Assembly (NCBI GenBank): GCA_963772725.1
Contig: CAVYYI010000003.1
Location: 576,001 to 640,000, forward strand
DNA length: 64,000 nt
Reading direction: 5' to 3'
From: an uncultured Phycisphaerales bacterium
GTDB taxonomy: Bacteria > Planctomycetota > Phycisphaerae > Sedimentisphaerales > Anaerobacaceae
This document shows positions 22,233-34,084 of the stretch, piece by piece. The notes under the pieces were generated by a model, which was not told the origin of the DNA, ran no database searches, and was given only the letters and a program-made list of their open reading frames with translations. Position 1 is the first letter of the stretch; each line of letters opens with the position of its first letter. Position numbers and translations under genes: made by a program.

Positions 22233-22585
22233 CTTTACCCTGTTCGGTACGTATTTTTGTCTCTGTTGATCCAACTGATATGCGTTGCAGTTTCGACCGT
22301 CTGGCCGCGATGACACAAACTATTTTAGGGCAGGACCCTTTAAGCGGTCATCTGTTTGTATTTTTCAATCGTTACCGCGACAGATGCAAGATACTATTCT
22401 GGGACAGGACGGGGTTTTGTCTATGGTACAAAAGGCTGGAAGAGGGTGTATTTCGATTGCCGCATCATTCTTCAGTAAAATGTCTTGAGATGGATTTGGC
22501 AAGGCTGACGCTGGTTCTCGAGGGCATAGACCTTTGTTCGGCACATCAGCGAAAAAGATTTTCAATTGGAAACGGCATATTTTGA
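22226..22585 (+). CDS. tnpB: IS66 accessory protein TnpB
   Basis: PTDMRCSFDRL, DPLSGHLFVF, KILFWD, KRLEEG. Confidence 0.92.
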   Translation: MLTLPCSVRIFVSVDPTDMRCSFDRLAAMTQTILGQDPLSGHLFVFFNRYRDRCKILFWDRTGFCLWYKRLEEGVFRLPHHSSVKCLEMDLARLTLVLEGIDLCSAHQRKRFSIGNGIF

Positions 22586-22713
22586 TAATCTCAAAAAAAA
22601 TATTTCACTTTTTTTTGAATATTATCATTATTTCTCTTGACATTATCCGATTATATGATATATAGGAGTCATCGTTACGGATAATGATGTAGAAAAAAGC
22701 TTTAACGGAATAA

Positions 22714-24259
22714 ATGATTACAACAAACACACCTATTACAGAACTGCCCAGCGACGTTGAAACCCTCAGAGAGATGGTTTTAAAACTGTTGGCTAATGTT
22801 GACGACCTCAATCAGCAGCTGGCCTGGTTCAAGCGTCATGTATTCGGCAGAAGGAGCGAGAAGCTTGATCCTGCCCAGAGGCTGCTTTTTGAGGGTCTTT
22901 GTACAGAACTTGAGTCGAGGATTGCGGCAGAACAACAAAAGGCTGATGCATGTGTTGAAACGCCGAAACCAAAGAATGCCAGTCATCATGGCAGACGTCC
23001 TTTACCTGAGGATTTACCCCGCCAGCGGATAGAGTATCATCCCCCGGAAGAGGAACTTATCTGCCCATCCTGCGGAAAAGAAAAACAGGTAATCGGCGAA
23101 GAGATAACAGAGCAGCTTGATTATGTGCCTGCATCATTTGTTGTTCGTCAGCATGTGCGCATTAAATATGCCTGCCCTGACTGCAAAGAAAATGTATCCA
23201 TAGCAGAACTTCCTGCATTTCCCATAGAAAAGGGTCGTCCCGGGACAGGACTGCTTGCTCATATAATTACCAGCAAATATACCGACCACCTCCCGCTTAA
23301 TCGTCAGGAGAATATTTTCGGTCGGCATGATGTGGAAATCAGGCGTTCCACTATGTGTGACTGGGTAGGGCAATGTGCCGGTCTGCTTGAGCCTATCGCC
23401 AAAGAAATGAAGAGGCAGTTGTTAAAATCGCCTAAGATTCATACCGATGATACGACCATCCCTGTTCAGTGCAAGGATCGTAAAAGCACTTATGACGGTT
23501 ATTTATGGGTATATGCCGATATGAGTGATAATGTTGTGTTCGATTTTACACCGACACGATGTCGGGATGGGCCTATCAATTTTCTGGGGAGTTACAGCGG
23601 ATATATACAGGCGGATGCATACAAGGGTTACGACAAGCTCTTTGCCGAAGGCAGATGTACTGAGGTAGGCTCTGGCGCATTGCAGGCGCAAGTTTGATGA
23701 GGCTATTGAGACTGATAAGGAGCGAGCCGGGATTATGCTCGCATTGATAGGCAGTCTCTACGATGTGGAACGTGATGCAAAGAGACGTAACCTTGACGCT
23801 GACAGTATAAAGTCACTGCGTCAGGAAAAGAGTAAACCCATTCTCGAAGAGATTCGCAGAGTCATTGATAGCTGGTCGCTACAGATTTTGCCGAAGAGTC
23901 CAATTGGCAAGGCGATAAATTATGCACTTGGTCAGTGGAAAGCATTAAACAGATATATTGAGAACGGAATCCTTTCGATAGATAATAATCTTTCAGAACG
24001 GATTTTAAGAATGGTTGTTCTCGGGCGTAAAAACTGGCTGTTTGCCGGCAATGAGAACGGAGCCCAAAGGGCAGCGACCATATACAGTCTGGTTGCAAGC
24101 TGCAAACTAAGTGATATTGACCCATTCGTATATTTCAGGGATGTTCTTGAACGTGTCAGCACGCACCCCAACAGCCGGATTGCCGAACTGACACCTCCAA
24201 ACTGGAAAAAGCTGTATTTCAAATCTGTCACAGAAGCAAACCCAACTCAAAACAACTAA
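22714..24259 (+). CDS. tnpC: IS66 transposase TnpC (frameshift near 23670)
   Basis: FGRRSEK, CPSCG, HLPLNRQ, HTDDT, DAYKGY, IDNNLSER, GRKNWLF. Confidence 0.9.
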
Positions 24260-24529
24260 ACGACAGCCCCATTCTTCGTAAAAATAAATTTCACTTGTGT
24301 ACTATCCGCAACCTGTAGTTGGTCGGACGGTTACCGAATATTGAAACCACTCGAAAATATTACTTGTCTGTGCAAAATAGTGACCTTAGACTCGCAAGGC
24401 AAATTCAGTCTAATCTCGTAGCCTCATTGACGAACTTTTGACGAACTCTTGTCTCAAATGCCCATTTTTAGCATGTCAGGAGAAGTGCTAAATCGCTGGA
24501 AGTAAAGCAGATACAAGGGATTATGAAAA

Positions 24530-24575
24530 TGGGCAGGAGTGGAGTTGAACCACCGACACACGGATTTTCAGTCCG
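24530..24575 (-). other. tRNA-Phe(GAA) 3' fragment, att-site scar
   Basis: Minus strand CGGACTGAAAATCCGTGTGTCGGTGGTTCAACTCCACTCCTGCCCA gives anticodon arm, T arm and acceptor 3' strand; no D arm or 5' half; lies just downstream of the integrase remnant. Confidence 0.85.
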
Positions 24576-24720
24576 GTATTCGTGTTTGTAAGTATTTGTG
24601 AATAAATGGTTTATACTTGTAAAATAAAGACTTATGATGCTGACCGAAGCACAACCGAAGCGTAACAGTAGCCTAAACGTGCAGGTCTGTTGCAAATCGA
24701 CGGCTCGGATTAATCCTTTT

Positions 24721-26734
24721 TATAGCAATTCAAGAAAAGACATAACCACATGATTCAAACCATCCTTTTGCATCGCTGGCAGTAACCATCTCAAGTGCCT
24801 TGGCAATAGCATTTATCAGTGCCTCTTTTGTTCTGGCTTTGAGTGTTCTCAAAATCGACTTGATCTTGCTCCACATCTTTTCTATCGGATTCAAATCCGG
24901 TGAGTATGCCGGCAAATACCATAGTTCAGCTCCAACAGATTCTATCAAATCACGGGCATGCTGACTCTTATGGGCTGAGAGATTATCCAAAACGACAATA
25001 TCTCCTGCTTTGAGGGTCGGTAAAAGTATTTGTTCGATATAAGCTTCAAAAATATCTTTGGTCGTAGCTCCGTCAACGACCATGCAGGCAGTTGAGCTAT
25101 CAAGCTTAACAACCTGAACTTTGTTTAAGGAGTGATGCAAAGAAATCCTCCGTGTTGACAATTACCGTTTTCAAATTTGAGCGAAGGTTTCTTAGGCAGT
25201 CTCGTATAGGCTATAAGCCCGGCTGCAAGATGTGCCAAGAAATTGATAGGACTGCGGTGGTGAGAATGTTCAATCTGGCAGACATTTTTGAGCGTGTCGT
25301 TGACCGTTTCAATCAGCGAACGTTTTCGCAGCAGAATTTTCTCCTGCCATTGCATCAAATGACACTTCATATTTGCGCGTATATTGGTTACCAGTTTAAT
25401 CCCTTTAGCCAGCAGTTTTTCAAACAGGCTATGACTGATGTAACCCTTGTCGCCAAAGAGCTTTCCGAACAAACCATCGGCCATTGCCTCCACTACACTG
25501 CGATCATCGACATTGCCCGCTGTCAGCCGGCAGCCCAATAAACCGCCGCGTTCATTTATGATAAGATGCAGTTTAAATCCCAAAAACCAGCCCATCGTAG
25601 TTTTGCCTATTTGAGCAATACCATCGAATACACGATGACGGCTGATACGCTTATTATGGCAGACTTTCAGCGGGGTACTGTCAATAAAAGAAATGCCGGT
25701 GGGCTCGTCCATGCCGCAGACGTGCAGATATGCAAACATTGGGATTACCGCCCTTGGTATCAGATAAACAAAGCGGTCGTAGCTGATCATATCGGGAAAA
25801 TCATGGCGGTGGTGGTCAAGCAAGTAGTGATAGAAATCCTTGAATGTGCGATAGCCACTGGTTTGGAAGGCAATGAGGATGGTCATTATTTCACTGGTGC
25901 TTAAGTTGCTCTGTCTGTTGCGTTTACGGATTCCGTCCTCAATGAGGTGTTTTGAATAAATTTTTTCCAAAGCCTTCCACCAATCATCGACATCTACAAA
26001 TAATCTGGTAAAATCCATTGCCATACGGCCTCCTTGCCTATTGGGTTAATAATATTTGGTAACGATATTATTCCCTTCGGCAGACAGGCCGTTTTTCTTG
26101 CATCCTTATCCAAAGTTCAGGTTAACAGATGAAATCATTGTTGTCGTGCGCCAGCGGCCAGAGGGAGTATCATCTACCGCTCTTTGGCCTGCCACAGCTC
26201 TGCCGTACAGTCTGGTCATATTCGTTTTGGCGCCAGATTCATCGATAAACACAAGTCTGCCCGCATCAATCGAAGACTGTGTCTTTTTCCACAGCCAGCG
26301 TCTCAGTGCGATGTCTTCTCTGCCTTGTTCACTGGCTCGTAACGCTTTTTTTTATAGCGCCAGCCAAGACGCTTAATGGCATTTGCTATGGCCTGGATGC
26401 TACATGAAATACTGCCGGAGAAATGTTCTTGAATTTCCATAAGTGTTACATCAGTGCGCTTTTGAAGAAACTTGTCGAGTTGCTTCAAATTCTCACCATC
26501 AAATGCTGGCCTTCGTCCAACATTTTGATATTGAGGTTCAATTGTCCCAAGGTTTTTACGTTGGGCCAGAAGTTTTTTCACCAGTCCGAGGCTAACCTTG
26601 AACCTATCTGCAACCTCTCGCCCGGTGCCTTCATCAGCATCATATGCAGCCACTATCCGTTCTCTTAAATCTATTGAAGTTGGTTTCATAATTAAGATAT
26701 CGGACAAGGCTATATGTTTTCTTGAGTTGCTATA
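24721..26734 (-). mobile_element. IS630-family element (orfA 26303-26707, frameshifted orfB) interrupted by IS982
   Basis: IR TATAGCAA(T/C)TCAAGAAAA at both ends with TA target; [22 protein letters not shown]7G slippery site at the orfA/orfB junction. Confidence 0.9.
25112..26122 (-). mobile_element. IS982-family element (transposase 25125-26024)
   Basis: IR ACCTGAACTTTG(TT/GA)TAAGGA, TSD TAACA; IDSTPL, GWFLGFKLHL, GDKGYIS, RSLIETV. Confidence 0.92.
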
Positions 26735-26742
26735 AAGAATAA

Positions 26743-26787
26743 TAGCCCGACAGGATTTGGACCTGCGACCTCCTGCGTGTCGAGCAG
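26743..26787 (-). other. tRNA-Val(GAC)-like 3' fragment, att-site scar
   Basis: Minus strand CTGCTCGACACGCAGGAGGTCGCAGGTCCAAATCCTGTCGGGCTA; no 5' half. Confidence 0.7.
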
Positions 26788-26978
26788 AATCATGAGTTTT
26801 CTGACTACTTGTAAATAAAGCACTTACATCTTGTGAAATAAGGACTTATCAACTGTTTTCGAACTGGTTTGGAACTGGATCCAGAACTGTTTTCAGACTG
26901 AAATTGCCACAAAATTTTGCGCAATCGCAGTCTGAGAAATAAACCATCAATTTCAAAAATATAACAGCCTTGGAAAAA

Positions 26979-26997
26979 GGCGGAGAAGGCGGGATTC
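26979..26997 (-). other. tRNA-Ser-like 3' end, att-site scar
   Basis: Minus strand GAATCCCGCCTTCTCCGCC resembles the T-loop-to-acceptor end of tRNA-Ser; flanked by arm-like repeats. Confidence 0.55.
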
Positions 26998-27633
26998 AAT
27001 CTGCCCTCTTTCTGTAACCTTATCAAAAAAACTGTATTTATCACTTAACTCTAACGAAAACAAAGATTTAGACGTTCTTATTTCTTTACTATCGCAGCAC
27101 GATTTTTTACTATCTTGATACCCTTTTCAAGGGCAGCTTTAAGGGCAACGAAGAAACTGTTGCCTTTAGATAACAAGAATATTGTAGCAGATACCACTTC
27201 TACCTTTTCAAAATAGTCACCCGGGTTCGTTTTTGAAATATTTTTAAATTGGCTTTGGTTATTTTACTTTTTTTATTACAAAAACAGCCTTACGGGTTAC
27301 CCATTTTAATATTTTCTTTAAACGAAAAATTTTAATCAACATTTTCCCATTCTGTTCCGCTTATAGCGATAGTTTGGTTAGTGTGGAAAGTTTCTGCACA
27401 AAATAGAAATTTTTCCAGGAAGACATACCGTTTTAAGAAAAAGGGAGCAATGTCGCCCACGGGGACGGAGTCTGTTTGGGATTGATTATTACATCTAATA
27501 TGAAACGTTTAAGCAATAGAATGCCTAAGACTATAGAACAATGAAACAAATCTTCAACGACTTGGATCACATAATAGTAATACGATACTCCTGAAAACGA
27601 TAAATATATACAAACTCAGTCAAAGCAGCAATA

Positions 27634-28248
27634 TTGTTTCTTGCTCATTTATTTAGTATTGAAGACAAAGAATTAGGGCATATTACACTGCATAGCTTCA
27701 CTTTTGGTAATTTTGAAGATGGTTATAGTATTAAACTCAATGAAATATGCGTGAAGTGTGCCAATGAATACAAAGAGAGTAAATTCATTATTGAACTTTT
27801 AAGCAGCATTGGTACAATCACCAATTATCGTCAACTCAATCCTTCCTTACCAAGCTTGTCTTATGTTTTTCCCAAAGTAGTTAATAAAATCTGCTTCAAC
27901 TGCTTTTGAATGAGCTAGATTAGATACAAAAAATGAAATTGGATATGTTTGGGCTTTAAGTGCATATTTGCATCTGGGCGAGGATAAATTAAATCGCAAA
28001 CAATTACTTGAGCAGACCCATATATTTTTAGAATCCATCCCAAAACCCCATAAAACTGTGTTATCAGTAGTAAAAACACGGTTTTTCATAGGTTTTGGGA
28101 TAGGTTCTAGGCTTACGCAACTTTTTTTATGAAGAAATAACTGCACAAGAGCTTATGGATTGCTATCCAAATAAAAAATCAGAAATAGCCTATTATTTGG
28201 GCGAATATTTTCTCCCAAGAGGCCTAAAAATAGCTTTAGAATGTTGAG
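27634..28248 (+). pseudogene. Degraded AT-rich hypothetical gene upstream of the ABC exporter
   Basis: Coding-like fragments in shifting frames with stops; no recognised motif. Confidence 0.3.
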
Positions 28249-28354
28249 GGTTTTGTGTAAAATATCAATCACATCAAACATTTGAACATCTGCGGGCTTT
28301 TCGTAATCTATCTGAGTCATATGAAGCAAGACACTCCGGTGAGGAAATAAATAA

Positions 28355-30184
28355 ATGTTTTCAAAGCTAAAAACAAATTCTTTTATAAAAAAGCAAATTG
28401 AAATAGTAAAATATATACCTTGGGTAATAAAGCTTATTTGGAAAGCCCAACCATTATGTGGTATAGCTTTGCCTTTGCTGACAATTATTTCAGGAGCCCT
28501 AACTGGCCCATATTTATTCTTGGGGAAAAAGGTTATTGATAGCTTAAGTACTTTTCTGCAAGGAAATATAGATGAGGGTAAGAGATTATTAATTATATAT
28601 TTATCTGCCAGTATTATATTGAGAATATTTATTGAAGTTTTGGCTTATTCATATCGCATATTAGATGAACTACTTCGCAGTCGTCTTGGTTACCATATTC
28701 AGGAAATAATAATAAATAAGGCACAATCGTTAGATATTTCCTATTTCGAAAACTCTAATTTTCATGATAAACTTACACGGGCTCAACAAGAAGCTGGCTC
28801 CCGCCCTTATATTGTCATATCATCACTGCTTACATCTACCAGGCAGTTGATTAGTGCGTGCTCTTGTATGGGAGTACTCTTTACATTGGCTTGGTGGATT
28901 GTTCCTGTCATATTAGTTGTGCTTCTGCCTGGCCTTATAATTAGTGCCAAATATGGTATAAAAGGTTTTAATATCCAGTATGAAAGAACTCCAGCACAAC
29001 GAAAAATGACCTATTTACAAAGGTTGCTTAATTCGAGCAAAGAAGCTAAAGAAATACGTTTGTTTGGATTGCAAAAATATCTTATGCAACTATTGAGAAG
29101 TTCCTTTTCATCTTTCTATCTCCAAGACCGTGATTTAGCAATTCGTCGTAATGGCTCAACGATGATTAGTTCTCTTATTCAGATTATTGGCAGTGTTTCT
29201 CTTTATATTTATATCATAAATCGGGCGGTTAGGGACCCAATGATTACTATTGGAAGTGTAGTAATGTTTAATCAGGCTATGGAGGCAGTTGTTGGTACAG
29301 TTTATGGAGGACTACAATCTTTAGGAATGTACTATGAAAATGGGCTATATATTGGTAATTTAATTACATATTTAAAACAGGAGCCCAAGCTAATCGAACC
29401 AACCATACCGGTTCATATTCCCATACCAATCAGCAAAGGAATTTGCTTTAAATCTGTATGTTTCCGGTATCCAGGAACTGAACGGGATGTTATTAGGAAT
29501 GTCTCGTTTGAAATAAAACCTGGTCAAAACATTGCAATTGTTGGAGAAAATGGTTCCGGGAAGACAACGCTGGTTAAACTCCTCACGAGACTTTATGATA
29601 TTGATGAAGGGCAAATTTTAGTGGATGGAGTTAATCTCAAAGATTTTAATTCATCCGAATGGCAAAGAAATATAGGTGTGATATTCCAAGATTTTGCCCA
29701 ATATTGGCTTACTATAAGAGAAAATATTGGCTTTGGTAAAATAGAATTTATGGGTGATATAAATCGTCTGAAGGCGGCAGCAAATCTATCTGGAATATTG
29801 GAATATGTAGAAAAGTCAAAATGTGGATGGGATACAGTTCTTAGTAGGTACTTTGAAGGAGGGCAAGAACTTTCGATTGGTGAATGGCAAAAGATGTCAC
29901 TTGCGAGGGCATTTTTTTCTGATTCGCCAATTTTGATCATGGATGAGCCAACGGCTTCTGTAGATGCTAAGCAAGAATATGAAATATTTCAGAAATTTAA
30001 AAAGCTTACACATGGTAAAATTTCTATTATCATATCTCACAGATTCTCTAATGTTAAATTAGCTGATAAAATCATAGTTCTTGAAAAAGGAAGCATTATA
30101 GAATCTGGGACACATGAAGAACTAATGGACTTAAATAATAAATACACAGAAATGTTTAATTGCCAAGCCGCTGCCTATTTGTAG
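28355..30184 (+). CDS. ABC exporter, fused permease and ATPase
   Basis: N-terminal TM domain, GENGSGKT, IFQDF, LSIGEWQK, MDEPT, SHR. Confidence 0.92.
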   Translation: MFSKLKTNSFIKKQIEIVKYIPWVIKLIWKAQPLCGIALPLLTIISGALTGPYLFLGKKVIDSLSTFLQGNIDEGKRLLIIYLSASIILRIFIEVLAYSYRILDELLRSRLGYHIQEIIINKAQSLDISYFENSNFHDKLTRAQQEAGSRPYIVISSLLTSTRQLISACSCMGVLFTLAWWIVPVILVVLLPGLIISAKYGIKGFNIQYERTPAQRKMTYLQRLLNSSKEAKEIRLFGLQKYLMQLLRSSFSSFYLQDRDLAIRRNGSTMISSLIQIIGSVSLYIYIINRAVRDPMITIGSVVMFNQAMEAVVGTVYGGLQSLGMYYENGLYIGNLITYLKQEPKLIEPTIPVHIPIPISKGICFKSVCFRYPGTERDVIRNVSFEIKPGQNIAIVGENGSGKTTLVKLLTRLYDIDEGQILVDGVNLKDFNSSEWQRNIGVIFQDFAQYWLTIRENIGFGKIEFMGDINRLKAAANLSGILEYVEKSKCGWDTVLSRYFEGGQELSIGEWQKMSLARAFFSDSPILIMDEPTASVDAKQEYEIFQKFKKLTHGKISIIISHRFSNVKLADKIIVLEKGSIIESGTHEELMDLNNKYTEMFNCQAAAYL

Positions 30185-30366
30185 CTGCTTGATGAAGATA
30201 AATTTTCAGTTAAATACATCCTTACAAAAAAGGTAAGGTATCTGGCAATTGGCGGATAGCTGCCAGTTTCCGTGGAATTTTTATCTGGCTTTTTCCAGTT
30301 GACGGGGAGCAGTATGGTTTGGCTCCGTCGCTATAATTTTCAATAGGATGTGAAAAATTCTCATTA

Positions 30367-31493
30367 TATACTACTCTTGATTGAAAAATTCCGTATTTTT
30401 CAATCAAAAAGCACCTTCTGTCCGATAAACAGCGTATATGAAGGATTATAAGTTGTCAAAAGAAAAAATAGCTGAACTGGAGGCATTGCATCGTTCGTTG
30501 CGTGATAAGCGTCAGGCCGACCGGGTCAAAGCGGTCATTGCTTTAGCAAAGGGATGGTCGGCGGCTCAGGTGGCCGAGATACTTCTTTTCGATGAGAAGA
30601 CATCACGGGGCTATTTCGAGCGGTATCGGCAAGACGGTTTCCAGGCATTGCTGGATGACAACTATCCCGGCGCAGAACCGAAACTCGATGAACATCAAAT
30701 GAGCGAACTTGAGGCATATCTCGAAGATCATATTTTCCCCGATGCCAAATCGGTTATCGCTCACATTGACAAGCAGTATGTGGTCCATTACTCCGTCAGC
30801 GGAGTCACCGATTTGCTGCATCGTCTTGGATTTTCCTACAAGAAGCCGACACATGTTCCCGGTAAACAAGACCCCATCAAGCAACAGGCATTTCTCGAGG
30901 AATATGAACAGATCAAGGCAAGCAAAAGTCAAAACGACCCAATTTATTTCGCCGATGCCACCCACCCGCAGCACAACAGCATTCCTTCTTACGGCTGGAT
31001 TAAGACGGGAAAGGAAAAAGAACTCAAAGCCAACTGTGGCCGCCAGCGATTGAATATCAATGGTGCGATTAACATCGAAACACTGGAGCCAACGACAGGG
31101 TTTTATGACACGATCAATGCGAATTCGACCATTGATTTGTTCTTTAAGATCGAAGCAAAACATCCGGAGGCCAAAAGGATTTACATCATTGTTGACAATG
31201 CTCGATATTATCGTTCACGTTTGTTAAAAGAGTATACCGAGGGCACGAAAATCAAATTGATCTTTTTGCCGTCATACTCGCCGAATCTGAATCTGATTGA
31301 ACGGTACTGGAAGTTTTTTAAGAAAAAAGTGCTGAACAATCGCTACTATGAAACGTTTGGTGAATTCAAGCGAGCATGTGAGAGCTTTTTCCGGAAGAGA
31401 AAGAAATATTTGCCGGAACTGAGAGCATTACTGACAGAAAACTTTCACATTCAAGCTGCATAAAAACAGGAAAATTCAATCGTAAGCAGTATA
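30367..31493 (+). mobile_element. IS630-family element (transposase 30438-31463)
   Basis: Imperfect IR TATACT...GATTGAA / TTCAATC...AGTATA; FADATHP, VDNARYY, YSPNLNLIERYWK. Confidence 0.92.
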
Positions 31494-31639
31494 ATTACTC
31501 TTTACCAATATGTTGCTGTTCTACGGTTGATTCTGTTCACTGTTAAAAATAGTGATTCTGCACGGTTGAGTTTGAAATTTCGATAAGGCCTCATAAGGAA
31601 TTGTTACTGAACTGTACTTTGGATGAGTAATACCCAGTT

Positions 31640-32152
31640 TAACCATTCCATTGGGATGGACTTTAATCTTTCCCATATCGACCTTTGGGTTCAAAACAAA
31701 TTAGCCAGAGGCTGTAAGAGATATGTACAGGAACAACACCGATAAAGGTGGAGCATCCAATTACCCGCTTGTAATGATGATAAAGTGCATAATGCTGCAA
31801 AAGTGGTTTAATCTTTCCGACCCTATGCTCGAAGAGATGCTCTATGACCGTATATCCTTCAGACAATTTGTCGGCCTGAAAATGGAACAGGCTGCACCGG
31901 ATGAAACCACTTTTGTTCAGTTTCGCAAGCGTCTTAACGTAAATGGCCATATAGCTACATTATTCGATAAGACTATCGCTATACTCAAAAGTCGTGGCGT
32001 TATACTTGAGGAAGGCACCTGTGTTGATGCTACTATTATAGAATCGCCTCTGGGCAGAACAGACAAAGACGGTATTTCCAGCACCAAAGACAAGGCCGCC
32101 AGTTACACGAAAAAGCATGGCAGAATATATCATGGCTACAAGGGTCATATTG
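31640..32152 (+). pseudogene. IS5-family transposase N-terminal fragment
   Basis: LQKWFNLSDP, SFRQFVGL, PDETT, VDATII, HGYKGHI; truncated by an IS630 end. Confidence 0.8.
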
Positions 32153-32940
32153 CTACTATTCTGTCATAGCTAAAATTGTGGATATAGTCTTTTAAGTTTA
32201 ATCCTTGCATCTTCACAGGTAAATTGCCAATCCACAGCTTTTTGATTAACATTTCATTTACAATACCATGCCTTTGCTTCTTGCTGCAATTTTGCTAAAT
32301 CCGGAATTCGCCGATGCAAACACTGCCGAGTCAACAAACTCAATTCAATCTCTGCAACATTCAGCCAACTGCCATGCTTTAACGTATAATGAAACTCCAG
32401 ACGCTCACGCAATCGTTTGGCTTCCTGATGCTCGAACGCTTCATATAAGGATGCAACCTTATGCGTATTGAGGTTATCACAAACTAAAATAACCTTCGTT
32501 GCGTCAGGGTAATCCTCATCAAGTAATATCCGAATTTCTTGAGCCCAATCAATCATTGTTTTGGCTTCTCGTACATCCACTTTTCGCCACGAGGCCAATG
32601 GCTCAGTAAACATAAAATTAACCGCTGTTCCATTACGTCTGTATTGATAATCGTATCTTTCAGTTTGGCCAACCTGTATCGGCAAGGCGATTCTACTTTC
32701 GCCAATCAAATGTACCGGCTGCTCATCCATACACACAACCGGAAACTGTGCGTCATAAGGCCTTTAATAAATGTCCAGAATATCTTCCATACAGGCCACA
32801 AATTCCGAATCGCTTTTAGGCGGTACACGCGAAAGACCATCAGGGACAGTTTTACAATCCTCCGCACCAAAACTAATTTCAAGTAATCCCTTTTGTTGAA
32901 TTTGGCAGGCCAGATTACCTTCGGATTCAACTATCTGCCT
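32153..32940 (-). pseudogene. IS630-family transposase remnant
   Basis: CMDEQP, RYDYQYRRNGT, CDNLNTH, KHGSWLNVAEIE; internal stops and deletion. Confidence 0.82.
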
Positions 32941-33293
32941 AAGCCGTTCACGCCTGTTTTGAGGGGGAAAAAGCGGCATCAGCCGCATTCATTTTTAGCT
33001 GCAATGCTCTCTGGAATATCTTCTGCCGCAGCTTGCCAGTAGCTACTCGAACTGGTTCCTCGCTGTCATCAATGATCGAACCGACTTTTGCGCTGTCTAT
33101 CGCTTTAACGACCTCGGCAATGCAATCATCAAAGTCCTCTTTCAATAATTGTTTTAATTTCTCGATTTCAATTTCCGGCAACTTTGTTTTGTCCATAATA
33201 GACTCCTGTAAAATAATGTTATACATCCTAAAACCAAATTACCCATATTCTACAGATTACCTATCTTTCGCGCCAGAAAAATTTGTCGCACCC
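32941..33293 (-). mobile_element. ISKra4-family left-end fragment (orf 32948-33196)
   Basis: End GGGTGCGACAAA; short N-terminal ORF ending ...DAAFSP as in split ISKra4-type transposases. Confidence 0.55.
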
Positions 33294-33319
33294 GCTAATT
33301 TCCCCATAATATTATTGCT

Positions 33320-33348
33320 TTGACTCTGTCTGTCAGTCTATCTATAAT
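33320..33348 (+). promoter_or_regulatory. Sigma-70-like promoter
   Basis: TTGACT-N17-TATAAT upstream of ORF 33467. Confidence 0.55.
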
Positions 33349-33466
33349 GTATGTTAAAATTTAATTTTTTGCAATGTTATCTTTGGAAGTAATATTGCAG
33401 AGCCATTTATGTAAATTTTTGAAGTTTGTTCCCAAAAAAGTCAGGGTTAAGATATGTGGTATTAAC

Positions 33467-33965
33467 ATGAAAAAGAAAGTTGTTGTTTGGACTGTAGTTT
33501 TAGGAGTAATACTCGGATGGTCAGTTTTTTATTTTTGGAGACAACCGGTACAACTTTCTGTAATATCTTTTCCAGATGAACCCGTGGCACATGCCCTTTA
33601 TGACAAAATGATCGAAACCATGCGTACGGCTGAGAGCTTATCGTACGAAAGCAACTATAAATGGGATGCAGCTAGCCAGGAAATGGGATGTACATATACA
33701 ATTTGGATGAAAAAGCCGAACTATTTCCGTGTAGAAGCAACTGGCAGTAAAGGCGAAAAAGGTGGAATCATTATTGGGGACGGTGATTTCCTGTGGGTTT
33801 ACTGGCCCGGACAGCGACCGATGTTCAGTAGCGAAGATGCTGAGAGCTACCAAAAATCCAAAACAGGAGTTTACATCAAAGAAGCGGCTCCTGTGGGAAA
33901 ACATTCCATAGGACACAAAATGTCTTTACTTGGGGTGCATATGTTATCGACAATAATTGATCCCA
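33467..33965 (+). pseudogene. LolA-like / lipoprotein-sorting-type exported protein truncated by IS21
   Basis: N-terminal TM, IWMKKPNYFRVE, IGDGDFLWVY; the ORF track C-terminus is IS21 read-through. Confidence 0.55.
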
Positions 33966-34084
33966 TGTCCGGCGTCAATTATAATTTCCCTTCAACGACA
34001 GTTATTTTTACCGTTACTTCATAACACTTACCTTAGCTTATAGCCTTTAGGAGGTGCCCCCCATGGGGGGCAAAATTTCGGACA

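Larger units (their letters stand above)
21791..24334 (+). mobile_element. IS66-family element
   Basis: IR GTAACCGTCCGACC / GGTCGGACGGTTAC, 8-bp TSD CGAATATT, tnpA-tnpB-tnpC order. Confidence 0.95.
21590..24441 (+). pseudogene. Tyrosine integrase C-terminal remnant interrupted by IS66
   Basis: FTLHDLRRT...QLAGHSNI before the IS66; ETTRKYY...LTNF* after it. Confidence 0.8.

Noticed and set aside
24468..24695. ORF containing RTENPCVGGSTP
   Set aside because: Spurious translation of the tRNA-Phe fragment.
24530..26997. Intact tRNA genes
   Set aside because: Only 3' portions are present; D arms and acceptor 5' strands are missing.
33374..34024. Shared C-terminus SGVNYNFPSTTVIFTVTS in ORFs 33374-34024 and 63085-63612
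   Set aside because: Read-through into the IS21 right end, not a protein domain.
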